Shown: positions 12,159-24,553, counted from the first letter of the whole stretch. The stretch: 63,000 nt of DNA, filler included, from Octopus bimaculoides (GCF_001194135.2; 6 parts of 5 records of this genome joined end to end with filler, not necessarily neighbours in it), one strand, 5' to 3'. Translations and numbers: made by a program. Notes: generated from the sequence alone by a model not told the origin.

Positions 12159-12454
12159 ATTTGGTCTCAATTCAACATAGACAGACTTTCCAGTATAGTA
12201 GTGGCATGCTATCTGGCAGAACAAGGTGCAAACTTCTATCATAGAAACAATGCCAATGCTACACCAGAGATGAATTTATGAGATTACAGCTACTCAGACA
12301 ACTCAAAGAATAAAGCAAATGTACAACATGTCAGCAGAGACGTTGGAATGTAGTCTTTGAATGTGGCCACACCTCTTGTAAAGAATGTGGAGAACAACTC
12401 CGTCATTGCCACATGTGTTGGTAACCTTTGAACAAAAGGATTGTTATATATTGA
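12159..12454 (+). pseudogene. Mind-bomb-like E3 ligase fragment (last ankyrin repeat + C-terminal RING)
   Basis: After a pyrimidine-rich acceptor: IWSQFNIDRLSSIVVACYLAEQGANFYHRNNANATP (ankyrin-like). In another frame: KCTTCQQRRWNVVFECGHTSCKECGEQLRHCHMCW*PLNKRIVIY* (MIB-type terminal RING-HC), with in-frame stops. Confidence 0.7.
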
Positions 12455-12792
12455 TCATCTCCTTTATTCTGGTTTTCTCTTTGCTTTATTGCTCACCTGT
12501 CTGAGAACTACCCCTGATCACATCCACCTGTCTGAGTCAGAACTTGTTTCTGAACATTTTTACCAAACAAGAGAAAACTAAGAATATTTTAACAATATCA
12601 TGAAGAATAATAAACCATTTGTGCATTTGTATTCTGTTCTTCTTTGTTTTACACACGCACACACACACTGCCCAAGATATCACGCTGTGGGACTGAACTC
12701 GATTTTCTCTTTTACAGTGCTGGTGTAGTATGTGATCTACATGACATTGTGATCTACAGCAACTTAATTCTAGATTAGCTTGAGTTCTACAT

Positions 12793-12948
12793 TCAAAATT
12801 TTGTTATAAATTTGCACATTATTCCTCCACATTTGCTGCATGGATCAATATCTCCATGTTCATCAAGGAATTCATAGAGTTGGAAAAATTCTATTGCAGC
12901 ATCTTCATCTCGAATAACCTGTGTGTAAATTTCATTTGCTCTCATCAT
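12793..12948 (-). mobile_element. Merlin/ISXO2-like transposase N-terminal remnant
   Basis: MMRANEIYTQVIRDEDAAIEFFQLYEFLDEHGDIDPCSKCGGIM resembles the N-terminus (CxxCG) of eukaryotic ISXO2-like transposases. Confidence 0.5.
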
Positions 12949-14006
12949 GATTTCTTTCAATGGGTTCAGGACTATAAGTGTTTAAATCATAGAAGTCCTA
13001 TTTTTTTTTTGGTTTATATAACAAGCCAACCAGAAGTCGTATAAATAGTTGAGTTTTAAATGTAAATCACAAACTATATTTGAACTAATGTAGATCACAT
13101 ACTAAACCGGCACCTCACTTTCTATTACATACAACAAACGACTGGTAAATTACATTTTCATTCTTTTCGGAGATTTACCATTTCCATATCTCACTCGGAC
13201 GTAATCAGTCAGTTGAATATCTGAAGAATGTCCCAACTTCAATGTTACTCAAAGAGAATCAACACGTACTATCGCTCGTCAAAGCTTTGTTCCGGTTGTT
13301 TCTTATACAATAACATAAGAAATTGCGAAGATCTTTTAGAGATTCTTGTTATGTAATCGTGTCCGAGCATTCAGAAAGATAATGAGATATAATCAGGGGG
13401 TTATCAATATGGAAATGATGACAAATGTATATCATACGCGAGCAGACAGGTGCACACACGCACAAATAAAAATAATGTAGTAAGGGATATAACTCTTGTT
13501 ACATCCCTTTTCAAGTTTGCATGACGTTCCATTGGGAAATAATAAACAACAATGGATTCTCAGTGAGATAAAAACCAGAAGTGGCCTTAATGAAAGAGGA
13601 AGTTTTTTTCTAATCCACCCTCGACTCTTGAAGAATGTCATAATGAAAGAGGGAGAAAATTACCTTTTGCTTCAGTCGTTGGACTGGGGCCATGCTTGGG
13701 CACCGTCATCAACAACTTTTAGTCGAATGATTCGACCTGAATATCTATTTTTTGAACATGGTAATTATTACATCGTTTCCTTTTTGCCAAACCGCTACGT
13801 TACGAGAACGTAAATACACCAATACTCGTTGGATGACAAAAACATATATATATATATANNNNNNNNNNNNNNNNNNNNNNNNNNNNNNNNNNNNNNNNNN
13901 NNNNNNNNNNNNNNNNNNNNNNNNNNNNNNNNNNNNTAAAGAAAAAGTATGTATACACACACACAAACATACATATATATATATATAATATATAATTGTA
14001 TGCATA

Positions 14007-14379
14007 GTTGTTGTTGTTGGCACTCCGTCGCTTACGACGTCGAGGGTTCCAGTTATCTGATCAAGGGAACAGCTTGCTCGTGAAATTAATGTGCAAGTGG
14101 CTGAGCACTCCACAGACACGTGTACCCTTAACGTAGTTCTCGGGGGATATTCAGCTTGACACAGTGTGACAAGGCTGACCCTTTGAATGACAGGCACAAC
14201 AGAAACAAGAAGTAAGAGTGAGAGAAAGTTGTGGTGAAAGAGTACAGCAGGGTTCGCCACCATCCCCTGCCGGAGCCTCGTGGGGCTTCAGGTGTTTTCG
14301 CTGAATAAACACTCACAACGCCCGGTCTGGGAATCGAAACCGCGAGTCCGCTGCCCTAACCACTGGTCCATTGCGCCTC
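14007..14379 (-). mobile_element. tRNA-SINE family S1 (~370 bp, (CAA)n tail)
   Basis: A/B boxes (GGCCCAGTGG, GTTTCGATTCC); high similarity to four other copies. Confidence 0.88.
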
Positions 14380-14447
14380 ATATGTGTATACATCAATACA
14401 TATATGTACATACCGACATCTATATGTCTACATACAAGCATATATGG

Positions 14448-14680
14448 GTACAGGACATCACAAAAAACGTTAAACACAATGAGAAACGAAAACATAAAGA
14501 CGAGGACAGAAAACGAACTTTTTTCGAACAACGAAAAAAACCCCAGAGAAATGAGACACGCAACATAAAGAATATTACGCATCTTCAGTTGACCCTGCTC
14601 CATCTACTCCGCATTTCGAAGGGAAGGACAATACGCGACTTCGTTGGAGCAGTCCTTCCTGTAAGCAAATTAATTTAAAT
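14448..14680. mobile_element. Dispersed repeat, possibly Penelope-like terminal region
   Basis: Homologous to 29540-29830, with shorter pieces at about 28620-28690 and 44040-44100. Confidence 0.45.
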
Positions 14681-14978
14681 GCTGTTTACGTCTTCTTGGC
14701 ATTAAATTATTGTAACGGCGGTTACCTCCCTTGTACTATATTTATCACTGTCTCCTGTTTAAACGGGCTATCTTTCGTTTTGATTACATTTTACGTCATT
14801 TCTAACCCACAACAGTCGTAGCTTGGAGACACGGTCGAATAAGATATTTTGCCTGACGTCACGCTTCGCATCATTCTCGCGTCGTTATGCAATCGACCAT
14901 AACATTCATCGTTTCGTTTGTTTTCAGAAACAAGCTCCAGAACATTTTTGATTGGATAGATCTGTAGTGATGTCATAA

Positions 14979-15141
14979 CATAGATTTCTAATGAAGCAAT
15001 ACGCAGAAAAGAGAAAACTTACGTTAAAAATAACATGCACACGATCTTTTTTTCTTAATAGAAGTAAATTCCAAAGTAAACGTTTCTAGTAGAGAAGTAG
15101 ATGAGAACAGAAGTAGCGTATTACTTCATTAGAAATCTACG
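14979..15141. mobile_element. Small MITE-like inverted repeat
   Basis: TAGATTTCTAATGAAGCAATACGC vs GCGTATTACTTCATTAGAAATCTA; no TSD seen. Confidence 0.55.
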
Positions 15142-15159
15142 GATGCACATACGCACATA

Positions 15160-15530
15160 ATAGAGAAAAATGAAACAATTATGGACGACTTGCTCCGAAA
15201 CACCACCGAGTGGGGAACACTTCTCAAAAATAACCTGCAGTTGTTTCCTTCAAAATTCCTACATGCTCGAAATTTACATACATCAAGGTATATTCGTAGG
15301 AAATTTCACGAAAGAATATTCATTTTCCTGGAATTTAATTGTATCTGTTGGAATTTCCGAAAATTGTCCCCCACCCCCATTCCAAAACACTTTCACCGAA
15401 AATGTTTGTATATTCGGAATCTACATAATAAATCATATATGCATAGAAAATTTCATTCAAAAATATTCATTTTTCTGAAAGTTATGACCTTCCAAAGTCG
15501 TGGGGTGGGGTACAATTCTGTAGTTATGCC
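15160..15530. mobile_element. Second copy of the 10112-10503 MITE (reverse orientation, one TIR lost)
   Basis: Reverse-complement homology; ends CTGTAGTTATGCC. Confidence 0.7.
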
Positions 15531-15659
15531 CAAATCTCCATTGATTTTGTATCATAAATAATAAAAAAATTAGAATCTTAACACATTTAACAATGTGTGA
15601 TTCGACATTTTTTAAGCAAAATTTCAAAAAATCAAATATATTTTGTACTTGTTATGCCT

Positions 15660-15797
15660 GTGCAGAAATAAAGTACGTTTCGCCGTTTATAATTCCGAGT
15701 TAGTTTTTTTAATATTATTTCATTTCCTGTAGAATTGGAATCGCACCTTCGTTATAAGTTACTTTAAACACTGATTTAAATGTCACAGCAGGTAAGA
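15660..15797 (+). promoter_or_regulatory. Putative promoter/non-coding first exon of ZF gene A
   Basis: AGTACGTTTCG motif (shared with 21664 and 26449/26478) and a strong donor CAG|GTAAGA at 15791/15792. Inference only. Confidence 0.35.
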
Positions 15798-16429
15798 TAT
15801 GATGCATACTTTTAGTAAAGATCGTTAAGGTGATCTAAAGTGTAAGTTTTTAATTGTCTGAATAAATAAGTATTTAAACATAGACTTAACACTAGCACCT
15901 GTTCGTTATGGATACGTACAATATGCTTATGACTGCATATATGCATTTGTGCTCTACGATCGAACCTTGCCAAATACCTCATAAGTCCTCCTTTGTTTTT
16001 GTTTCGTTTTTTAGACGTTATAGTGTACTTTAAGGAAGATTTTGCTGCTGTTTCTAGCATTTCGAAAAATCACGTAACGGTTTAGTCTTTGCTGATTTCC
16101 ATAACAACAGACTGTTCTACATGACTACAATAAATGTGTTCTATTGGCTAAAATTACATAAATTTAAATGTTCAGTGTCTTGAGTTCGGCTTTCAATGGG
16201 ACACATGGAATGAGTTCAATTGTTCTGGTAAATATTTACATTTATAATTCATTTTTATAGAAGATTGAAGACAAATGAAAGAAAAAGGCACTCAACACGT
16301 TTCGTAAGAGTTACATGTATTATTATGTAAAACAATTTGATTCAGCTCCATGTGAAGTAAAGTTTTATAGGCGAGGTTTCTGGAAGAAGCCTACAAAGCT
16401 TTGTTTGGAGCCAAATTAAACTGTTTTAA

Positions 16430-16649
16430 CTCTTTAGCATTCAGATTATTCAGCCAAATATAATTCTAATTTATTCACATTGTTTTGAATCAATTATATA
16501 TCATCTTGTAGCTTTGAGATTTCGATGTTATGACTATATATTTTTTAGGCTAACATTGTAGATGAGGTGTAAGAGGCTGGATATGGTTGGTTTGAACATA
16601 AAATAAGTAAATATCTGAGCCAGAAATGGCCAATTTTGATGCCACAGGG
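16430..16649. mobile_element. piggyBac-like MITE (~220 bp), followed by a partial inverted copy to ~16830
   Basis: TTAA flanks and C(C/T)CTTTAGCAT...AGGG termini; same family as 18881 and 24659. Confidence 0.65.
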
Positions 16650-16879
16650 TTAAACTGGCATATCCAGCCCAAATATTCGACCCTGTTGAAACTGGGAAGA
16701 TCCAGTCTCTCACACTACCTCTACAATGTCATTGTAAAAACAAGCAATCACATCTTCAAAATCTCAAAGTTACAAATTATTACGTGATTAATTTTTTAAA
16801 TGTGGATTACATTTGATAAATTATAATTCATCTTTATACGAATACACTGAAATTTTCAGTTTTTTCTCTTATTTTAAGA

Positions 16880-16902
16880 TTTTTCTCTGTTTTACATTTC
16901 AG
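16880..16902 (+). promoter_or_regulatory. Probable splice acceptor for the ZF coding exon (paralogue at ~22870-22892)
   Basis: TTTTCTCTGTTTTACATTTCAG polypyrimidine tract plus AG. Confidence 0.5.
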
Positions 16903-17421
16903 ATAAGATTATCGAAACAGAATTGTTTACATCAGTAGCATCATCAGCATCAGTTGTCTTTTAATGGCTAAAGGAAAATGTAATGGAACATATAATAACA
17001 CTTTACATAAGTTTACAGTGAATTATGGTGAAATATTTCTTTTCATCTGAAATTTATATCAAGNNNNNNNNNNNNNNNNNNNNNNNNNNNNNNNNNNNNN
17101 NNNNNNNNNNNNNNNNNNNNNNNNNNNNNNNNNNNNNNNNNNNNNNNNNNNNNNNNNNNNNNNNNNNNNNNNNNNNNNNNNNNNNNNNNNNNNNNNNNNN
17201 NNNNNNNNNNNNNNNNNNNNNNNNNNNNNNNNNNNNNNNNNNNNNNNNNNNNNNNNNNNNNNNNNNNNNNNNNNNNNNNNNNNNNNNNNNNNNNNNNNNN
17301 NNNNNNNNNNNNNNNNNNNAGAAAGATTGCAATTGTTGGAAATGTAGGAGAAGAAAAATTAGAATCAAATGTAACAACAAAAAGTAAAACATATATATAT
17401 TTTGGTGAGAGAATATGAATA

Positions 17422-18711
17422 ATGGAGGATAAATTATTAGTCACCGAGGTTAGATCTAAATCACAGTTTGAAAGTATTGAATTTCCTGATAATGTGAAGA
17501 AAGAGAACACAAAAAGTGAAATTTTATATCACTGTGATGTCTGTGGTAAGTCATTCTATAAGAAGTCCAATCTCACTACTCACAAATACATTCACACTGG
17601 AGAAAAACCATATCGCTGTGATGTCTGTGGTAAATCATTCTCTCAAAATGTTCACTTAGTTAAGCACAAAAACATTCATACAGGAAACAAACCATATCAC
17701 TGTGATATCTGTGGGAAATCGTTTTCTCTACAGTCTGGTTTAACTAATCACTTATACACTCACACAGGAGTAAAGCCATATGATTGTGATATTTGTGGTA
17801 AATCATTCTCTCAAAAGGAACACTTAACTAAACATACACAAATCCATACAGGAGAAAAACCATATCAGTGTGATATCTGTGGTAAATCATTCTTTCAAAA
17901 ATATGGCTTAACAAACCATTTACTAACTCATACGGGAGAGAAACAATATCACTGTGATATCTGTGGTAAATCTTTTTCTCAAAGGTCTGGTTTAACTAAT
18001 CACTTACATACTCACACAGGAGTAAAGCCATATGATTGTGATATTTGTGGTAAATCATTCTCTCAAAAGGAACACTTAACTAAACATAAACGTAGCCATA
18101 CAGGAGAAAGACCATATCATTGTGATATCTGTGGTAAATCATTCTCTCAAAAATCTGGATTAACAAACCACTTACTATCTCATACAGGAGTGAAACCATA
18201 TCACTGTGATATCTGTGGTAAATCTTTTTCTCAAAATGAGCACTTGGCTAAACATAGACGTATTCATACAGGAGAAAAACCATATCAGTGTGACATCTGC
18301 AGTAAATCATTTTCTCAAAGATCTGGCTTAACTAAGCACATACGTATTCATACAGGAGACAGACCGTATCAATGTGATATCTGTGGTAAATCAGTCTGTC
18401 AGACAAGTGAATTAACTACACATAAACGCATTCATACTGGAGAAAAACCATATTGCTGTGATATCTGTGGTAAATCATTCTCTGCAAGTAGTGCCTTAAC
18501 TAGACACAGACGTATTCATACAGGAGAGAAGCCATATCACTGTGATATTTGCAGTAAATCATTTTGCCAAAGTGGTGAGTTAACTATACACAAACGTATT
18601 CATACAGGAGAGAAGCCATATCATTGCAATACCTGTGGTAAATGTTTCTCTCAAGTAAACAGCTTAACTATGCACAAACATATTCACACAGGAGAAAAGC
18701 CATATTACTGA
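17422..18711 (+). CDS. C2H2 zinc-finger protein A, 429 aa, 14 tandem fingers
   Basis: 35-aa acidic leader, then 14 x 28-aa [10 protein letters not shown]...H...HTGEKP repeats. Ends at a frameshift that removes a 15th finger. Confidence 0.92.
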   Translation: MEDKLLVTEVRSKSQFESIEFPDNVKKENTKSEILYHCDVCGKSFYKKSNLTTHKYIHTGEKPYRCDVCGKSFSQNVHLVKHKNIHTGNKPYHCDICGKSFSLQSGLTNHLYTHTGVKPYDCDICGKSFSQKEHLTKHTQIHTGEKPYQCDICGKSFFQKYGLTNHLLTHTGEKQYHCDICGKSFSQRSGLTNHLHTHTGVKPYDCDICGKSFSQKEHLTKHKRSHTGERPYHCDICGKSFSQKSGLTNHLLSHTGVKPYHCDICGKSFSQNEHLAKHRRIHTGEKPYQCDICSKSFSQRSGLTKHIRIHTGDRPYQCDICGKSVCQTSELTTHKRIHTGEKPYCCDICGKSFSASSALTRHRRIHTGEKPYHCDICSKSFCQSGELTIHKRIHTGEKPYHCNTCGKCFSQVNSLTMHKHIHTGEKPYY

Positions 18712-18880
18712 TATCTGTGGTAAATCATTTTCTTCGGGAAATGCTTTAACTGTTCACAAACGCAGACATATATGAGGAAGACCATGTTGCTGTGATATCA
18801 TTGGCAAATGATTCTCTTCAAGAAGTCACTTAACTACTCACATTTTTATTCCTATGGAAAAGTGATTGTTTCAACATTAA

Positions 18881-19099
18881 CCCTTAGGCATTCGAGCCTG
18901 CTGTATCAGGCCAAAATATTTAACCTATTTTATGTGAAACTGGCCAGATCGGGCTTCTAACTAATCTCCTTCAATGTCATTCTGAACGTAAACAATCACA
19001 TCATTAAAATCTCAAAGCTACATGTTAATGTACAATTAATTCAAAACAATGTGAATAAATAAGCATTACATTTGACAGGGTAATCTGAATACTAAAGGA
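18881..19099. mobile_element. piggyBac-like MITE, with a second tandem copy to ~19310
   Basis: TTAA-CCCTT...AAGGA-TTAA. Confidence 0.7.
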
Positions 19100-19473
19100 T
19101 TAAACTGGCCATATTGAACCAAATATTCAACTCATTTTATTTTCAGACAAACCAGATCCAGCCTCTTGCACCTTCCCAACAATGTCATTCTAAAATTAAG
19201 CAATCATATCTTTGAAATCTGTAAACTACAAAATAATGTATGATTAATTGACAACAATATAAATAAACAAACCTTACTCTTGACAGATTATTGTGAATCT
19301 AAAACGATTAAAGTTTGGATTATGGTAATTACATTGTAACAAACATACTGTTTAATTTTTGTAGAGTAAATTAATTTTTTTCCCTTCTCTTTGGTATTCT
19401 TTTATTATTTACTAGTTAGTCATTTGACTGTGGCCATGCTGCGGCACTACCTTGAAGAACTTTTAGACAAATA

Positions 19474-19632
19474 GGCGCAGTAGTGGCTGTGGTAAGTAGC
19501 TTGCTTACCAACCACACGGTTCCAGGTTCATTCCCACTGCGTGGCATCTTGGGCAAGTGTCTTCTACTATAGCCTCGGGCCGACCAAAGCCTTGTGAATG
19601 GATTTGGGAGACAGAAACTGAAAGAAGCTCGT

Positions 19633-19670
<38 letters not shown>

Positions 19671-19820
19671 GTATCTGTGTTTCCCCACCGCCCACCAACA
19701 TCGCTTGACAACCGATGCTGGTGTGCTTACATCCCCGTAACTTAGCGGTTCGGCAAGAGAGACCAATAGAATAAGTTCTAGGCTTACAAAGAATAAATCC
19801 TGGGGTCGATTAGCTCGACT
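19474..19820 (+). mobile_element. tRNA-SINE family S2 (head, CORE-like CCTTGGGCAAGT region, internal microsatellite, 3' half), cut by a gap
   Basis: GGCGCAG..GTGGCTG..GGTAAG head and GGTTCA B box; multiple copies in the window. Confidence 0.85.
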
Positions 19821-20854
19821 NNNNNNNNNNNNNNNNNNNNNNNNNNNNNNNNNNNNNNNNNNNNNNNNNNNNNNNNNNNNNNNNNNNNNNNNNNNNNNNN
19901 NNNNNNNNNNNNNNNNNNNNNNNNNNNNNNNNNNNNNNNNNNNNNNNNNNNNNNNNNNNNNNNNNNNNNNNNNNNNNNNNNNNNNNNNNNNNNNNNNNNN
20001 NNNNNNNNNNNNNNNNNNNNNNNNNNNNNNNNNNNNNNNNNNNNNNNNNNNNNNNNNNNNNNNNNNNNNNNNNNNNNNNNNNNNNNNNNNNNNNNNNNNN
20101 NNNNNNNNNNNNNNNNNNNNNNNNNNNNNNNNNNNNNNNNNNNNNNNNNNNNNNNNNNNNNNNNNNNNNNNNNNNNNNNNNNNNNNNNNNNNNNNNNNNN
20201 NNNNNNNNNNNNNNNNNNNNNNNNNNNNNNNNNNNNNNNNNNNNNNNNNNNNNNNNNNNNNNNNNNNNNNNNNNNNNNNNNNNNNNNNNNNNNNNNNNNN
20301 NNNNNNNNNNNNNNNNNNNNNNNNNNNNNNNNNNNNNNNNNNNNNNNNNNNNNNNNNNNNNNNNNNNNNNNNNNNNNNNNNNNNNNNNNNNNNNNNNNNN
20401 NNNNNNNNNNNNNNNNNNNNNNNNNNNNNNNNNNNNNNNNNNNNNNNNNNNNNNNNNNNNNNNNNNNNNNNNNNNNNNNNNNNNNNNNNNNNGATACACA
20501 CACATTATTATTCCAACCAGGAAACCCTGGGTAGCTGTATTTACAAGATTTGTGGGCTTTTTATTATCTTTACCTTCTTGGGTAAAGTAGGGCTTCTTCT
20601 ACTTGTTGAAGAATTACAACATAATATATATATGACAAGCATTTTTTTTAGTTTTTGGCAGGTTGGTATCAAAAGGGTTTATAGGATCTAAGATTGGGCT
20701 GCATGGCGTGAAGGACATGATGTTGCCCATGTGGCATGTTCTTATTTCCATGTCACTGATGAACCCAGTGGTGGGTGGGAAAGCCAATGTTTCAGTCAGA
20801 GTCCTTTGACGAAAAGATAAAAGAATGGAAAATAATGTCAAGGCATGTCATATA

Positions 20855-21066
20855 CGAGGGGCTGCTGGAAAGTTCCTGGCTTAAAGGGTACCGCAAAGGG
20901 CCTGGTTGGAGGCCCAACCTTTCAAGTTCTTTCACAGGTCTTAGGAAAACTGAAGGATTGCTGCAATGTGTGTGAAGCTGAGAGGGGAATATGTTGAACA
21001 AAATCATAATCAATGGATTTGTCTTGGATTTTCATTCAAAGCCAGGAACTTTTCAGTACTTCCTTG
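20855..21066. mobile_element. Mariner-derived MITE (~212 bp)
   Basis: TA-CGAGGGG...AGTTCCTGGCTT TIRs with TA flanks, and an internal LRGEYVE transposase C-terminal remnant. Second copy at 47478-47692. Confidence 0.8.
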
Positions 21067-21097
21067 TAAATATACATACATTATAAATATATATATA

Positions 21098-21484
21098 GGC
21101 GCAGGAGTGGCTGTGTGGTAAATAGCTTGCTTACCAAGCACATGGTTCCAGGTTCATTCCTACTGCGTGGCACCTTGGGCTAGTGCCTTCTACTTTCGCC
21201 TCGGGCCGACCAAAGCCTTGTGAGTGGATTTGGTAGACAGAAACTGAAAGAAGCCCGTCGTATATATGTATATATATATACATGTGTTATTTCTTTACTA
21301 CACACAGAGGGGACAAACAAGGACAGACAAACGGATTAAGTCGATTATACCGACCCCAGTGCGTAACTGGTACTTATTTAATCGACCCCGAAAGGATGAA
21401 AGGCAAATATATGTGTGTGTCTGTGTTTGCCCCACACCATCGCTTGACAACCGATGCTGGTGTGTTCACGTCCCCGTAACCTAG
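21098..21484 (+). mobile_element. S2 SINE with a nested inverted fragment of SINE family S3 (~21289-21408)
   Basis: Homology to the S2 and S3 copies. Confidence 0.8.
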
Positions 21485-22340
21485 NNNNNNNNNNTTGTAC
21501 ATCTATCAGATATAGCTGATATATAACACTTACAAATCTCCATTGATTTTGTATCATAAATAAATAAAAATTTAGAAGCTTAACACATTTAGCAATGTGT
21601 GATTCGACATTTTAAGCAAAATTTCAAATATATTTTGTTCTTGTTATGCCTGCGCAGAAATAAAGTACGTTTCGCCGTTTGTAATTCCGAGTCAGTTTTT
21701 GAATGTTATTTCATTTCCTGTGGAAATGGAATCGCACCTTCGTTCTACGTTACTTTAAACACTGATTTAAATGTCACAGCAGGTAAGATATGATGCATAC
21801 TTTTAGTAAAGATCGTTAAGGTGATCTAAAGTGTAAGTTTTTAATTGCCTGAATTACTAAATATTTAAACATAGACTTAACTTGTTCGTTATTGATACGT
21901 ACAATATATTTATGATCGCATATATGCATTTGTGCTCTACGATCGAACCTTGCCAAATACCTCATAAGTCCTCCTTTTGTTTCGTTTTTTAGACGTTATA
22001 GTGTACTTTAAGGAAGATTTAGCCGCTGTTTCTAGCATTTCGAAAAATCACGTAAAGGTTTCGTCTTTGCTGATTTCCATAACAACAGACTGTTCTACAC
22101 GACTACAATAAATGTATTCTATTGGCTAAAATTACATAAATTTAAATGCTTGTATTAATTATTATTATTAATTTGAAGAAAAAAGGCTGCGTGCTGGCAG
22201 TATCATAATCACGCCGTCTTTATGTTCTGAATTCAAATTCTGCCGAGGTCGACTTCGCCTTTCATCCATTCGTTCGGGGTCGATAAATCGGTCGAACTCC
22301 AGCAAAAAAAAAAAAAAAAAAATGCAATAGGTGCAGTATA

Positions 22341-22557
22341 GGTACTACTAAAGCAGCGCGGACCCGAACGCGCGGTCGCGCTAGCTAGTCTTGAGTGGTC
22401 GATCCTAACCCTAACCCTACCCCTAACCCGCGTGTGCAAATGAATACGTGTTTAGGGTTAAGGTTAGGAATAGTGTTAGGGTTAGGATCGACCACTCACG
22501 ACTAGCTAGCGCGGACGCGCGACTGCGCATTCGGGTCCGCGCTGCTTTAGTAGTACC
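22341..22557. mobile_element. 217-bp palindromic MITE with inward telomeric repeats (Merlin or MULE)
   Basis: ~90-bp GC-rich TIRs starting GGTACTACTAAAGCAGCGCGGACCCGAA, with (CCTAAC)n/(GTTAGG)n inner arms and a perfect 9-bp TSD TGCAGTATA. Confidence 0.88.
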
Positions 22558-23281
22558 TGCAGTATATATATATATATTTCACCTATATATATATATATAT
22601 ATATAAACGGGAAACTAGGACTCAAGTCACTCTGTAACTTCTGCCAAAAGATAAGATATATATATATACGTCCTGTTGAAACTGGGAAGATCCAGTCTCT
22701 CACACCACCCCTACAATGTCATTGTAAAAACAAGCAATCACATCTTCAAAATCTCAAAGTTACAAATTATTACGTGATTAATTTTTTAAATGTGGATTAC
22801 ATTTGATAAATTATAATTCATCTTTATACGAATACACTGAAATTTTCAGTTTTTTCTCTTATTTTAAGATTTTTCTCTGTTTTACATTTCAGATAAGATT
22901 ATCGAAACAGAATTGTTTACATCAGTAGCATCATCAACATCAGTTGTCTTTTAATGGCTAAAGGAAAATGTAATGGAACATATATAACACTTTACATAAG
23001 TTTACAGTGAATTATGGTGAAATATTTCTTTTCATCTGAAANNNNNNNNNNNNNNNNNNNNNNNNNNNNNNNNNNNNNNNNNNNNNNNNNNNNNNNNNNN
23101 NNNNNNNNNNNNNNNNNNNNNNNNNNNNNNNNNNNNNNNNNNNNNNNNNNNNNNNNNNNNNNNNNNNNNNCAGATATTGAGAAAGATTGCAATTGTTGGA
23201 AATGTAGGAGAAGAAAAATTAGAATCAAATGTAACAACAAAAAGTAAAACATATATATATTTTGGTGAGAGAATATGAATA

Positions 23282-24553
23282 ATGGAGGATAAATTATTAG
23301 TCACCGAGGTTAGATCTAAATCACAGTTTGAAAGTATTGAATTTCCTGATAATGTGAAGAAAGAGAACACAAAAAGTGAAATTTTATATCACTGTGATGT
23401 CTGTGGTAAGTCATTCTATAAGAAGTCCAATCTCACTACTCACAAATACATTCACACTGGAGAAAAACCATATCGCTGTGATGTCTGTGGTAAATCATTC
23501 TCTCAAAATGTTCACTTAGTTAGGCACAAACACAGTCATACAGGAAACAAATCATATCACTGTGATATGTGTGGGAAATCATTTTCTCAAAGATCTCATT
23601 TAACTAATCACTTACATACTCACACAGGAGTAAAGCCATATGATTGTGATATTTGTGGTAAAGCATTCTCTCAAAAGGAACACTTAATTAAACATAAACG
23701 TATCCATACAGGAGAAAGACCATATCAGTGTGATATCTGCAGCAAATCATTCTCTCAAAGATCTACCTTAACTAACCACTTACTAACTCATACAGGAGTT
23801 AAACCACATCACTGCGACATCTGTGGTAAATCTTTTTCTCAAAATGAGCACTTGACTAAACATAGACGTATTCATACAGGAGAAAAACCATATCAGTGTG
23901 ACATCTGTGATAAATCATTTTCTCAAAGATCTGGCTTAGCTAACCACATATATATCCATACAGGAGGAAAACCATATCATTGTGATATCTGTGGTAAAAC
24001 CTTCTCTCAGAATGAACACTTGACTAAACATAAACGTATTCATACAGGAGAGAAACCATATCAGTGTGATATATGTGGTAGATCATTCTCGGAAAGTGGT
24101 CATTTAACTTCTCATAAACGCATTCATACAGGAGACAGACCGTTCCAATGTGATATCTGTGGTAAATCAGTCTGTCAGACAAGTGAATTAACTAAACATA
24201 AACGCGTTCATACTGGAGAAAAACCATATTGCTGCGATATCTGTGGTAAATCATTCTCTGTAGGTAGTGCCTTAACTAGACACAGACGTATTCATACAGG
24301 AGAGAAGCCATATCACTGTGATATCTGCAGTAAATCATTTTGCCAAAGTGGTGAGTTAACTATACACCAACGTATTCATACAGGAGAGAAGCCATATCAT
24401 TGCAATACCTGTGGTAAATGTTTCTCTCAAGTAAACAGCTTAACTATACACAAACGTATTCACACAGGAGAAAAGCCATATCACTGTGATATCTGTGGTA
24501 AATCATTTTCTTCGGGAAATGGTTTAACTGTTCACAAACGCAGACATATATGA
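23282..24553 (+). CDS. C2H2 zinc-finger protein B, 423 aa, 14 tandem fingers
   Basis: Same leader as gene A; 13 full 28-aa repeats plus a terminal finger; uninterrupted ORF. Confidence 0.93.
   Translation: MEDKLLVTEVRSKSQFESIEFPDNVKKENTKSEILYHCDVCGKSFYKKSNLTTHKYIHTGEKPYRCDVCGKSFSQNVHLVRHKHSHTGNKSYHCDMCGKSFSQRSHLTNHLHTHTGVKPYDCDICGKAFSQKEHLIKHKRIHTGERPYQCDICSKSFSQRSTLTNHLLTHTGVKPHHCDICGKSFSQNEHLTKHRRIHTGEKPYQCDICDKSFSQRSGLANHIYIHTGGKPYHCDICGKTFSQNEHLTKHKRIHTGEKPYQCDICGRSFSESGHLTSHKRIHTGDRPFQCDICGKSVCQTSELTKHKRVHTGEKPYCCDICGKSFSVGSALTRHRRIHTGEKPYHCDICSKSFCQSGELTIHQRIHTGEKPYHCNTCGKCFSQVNSLTIHKRIHTGEKPYHCDICGKSFSSGNGLTVHKRRHI

Larger units (their letters stand above)
15531..19078 (+). repeat. 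Segmental duplication unit A (zinc-finger gene)
   Basis: Collinear with 21533-24856 except for a ~0.5-kb non-homologous block and the central fingers. Confidence 0.9.

Noticed and set aside
23171-23281. In-frame upstream extension of the ZF ORFs (QILRKIAIVG...ERI*IM)
   Set aside because: A TGA two codons before the ATG is present in both copies; treated as 5' UTR.
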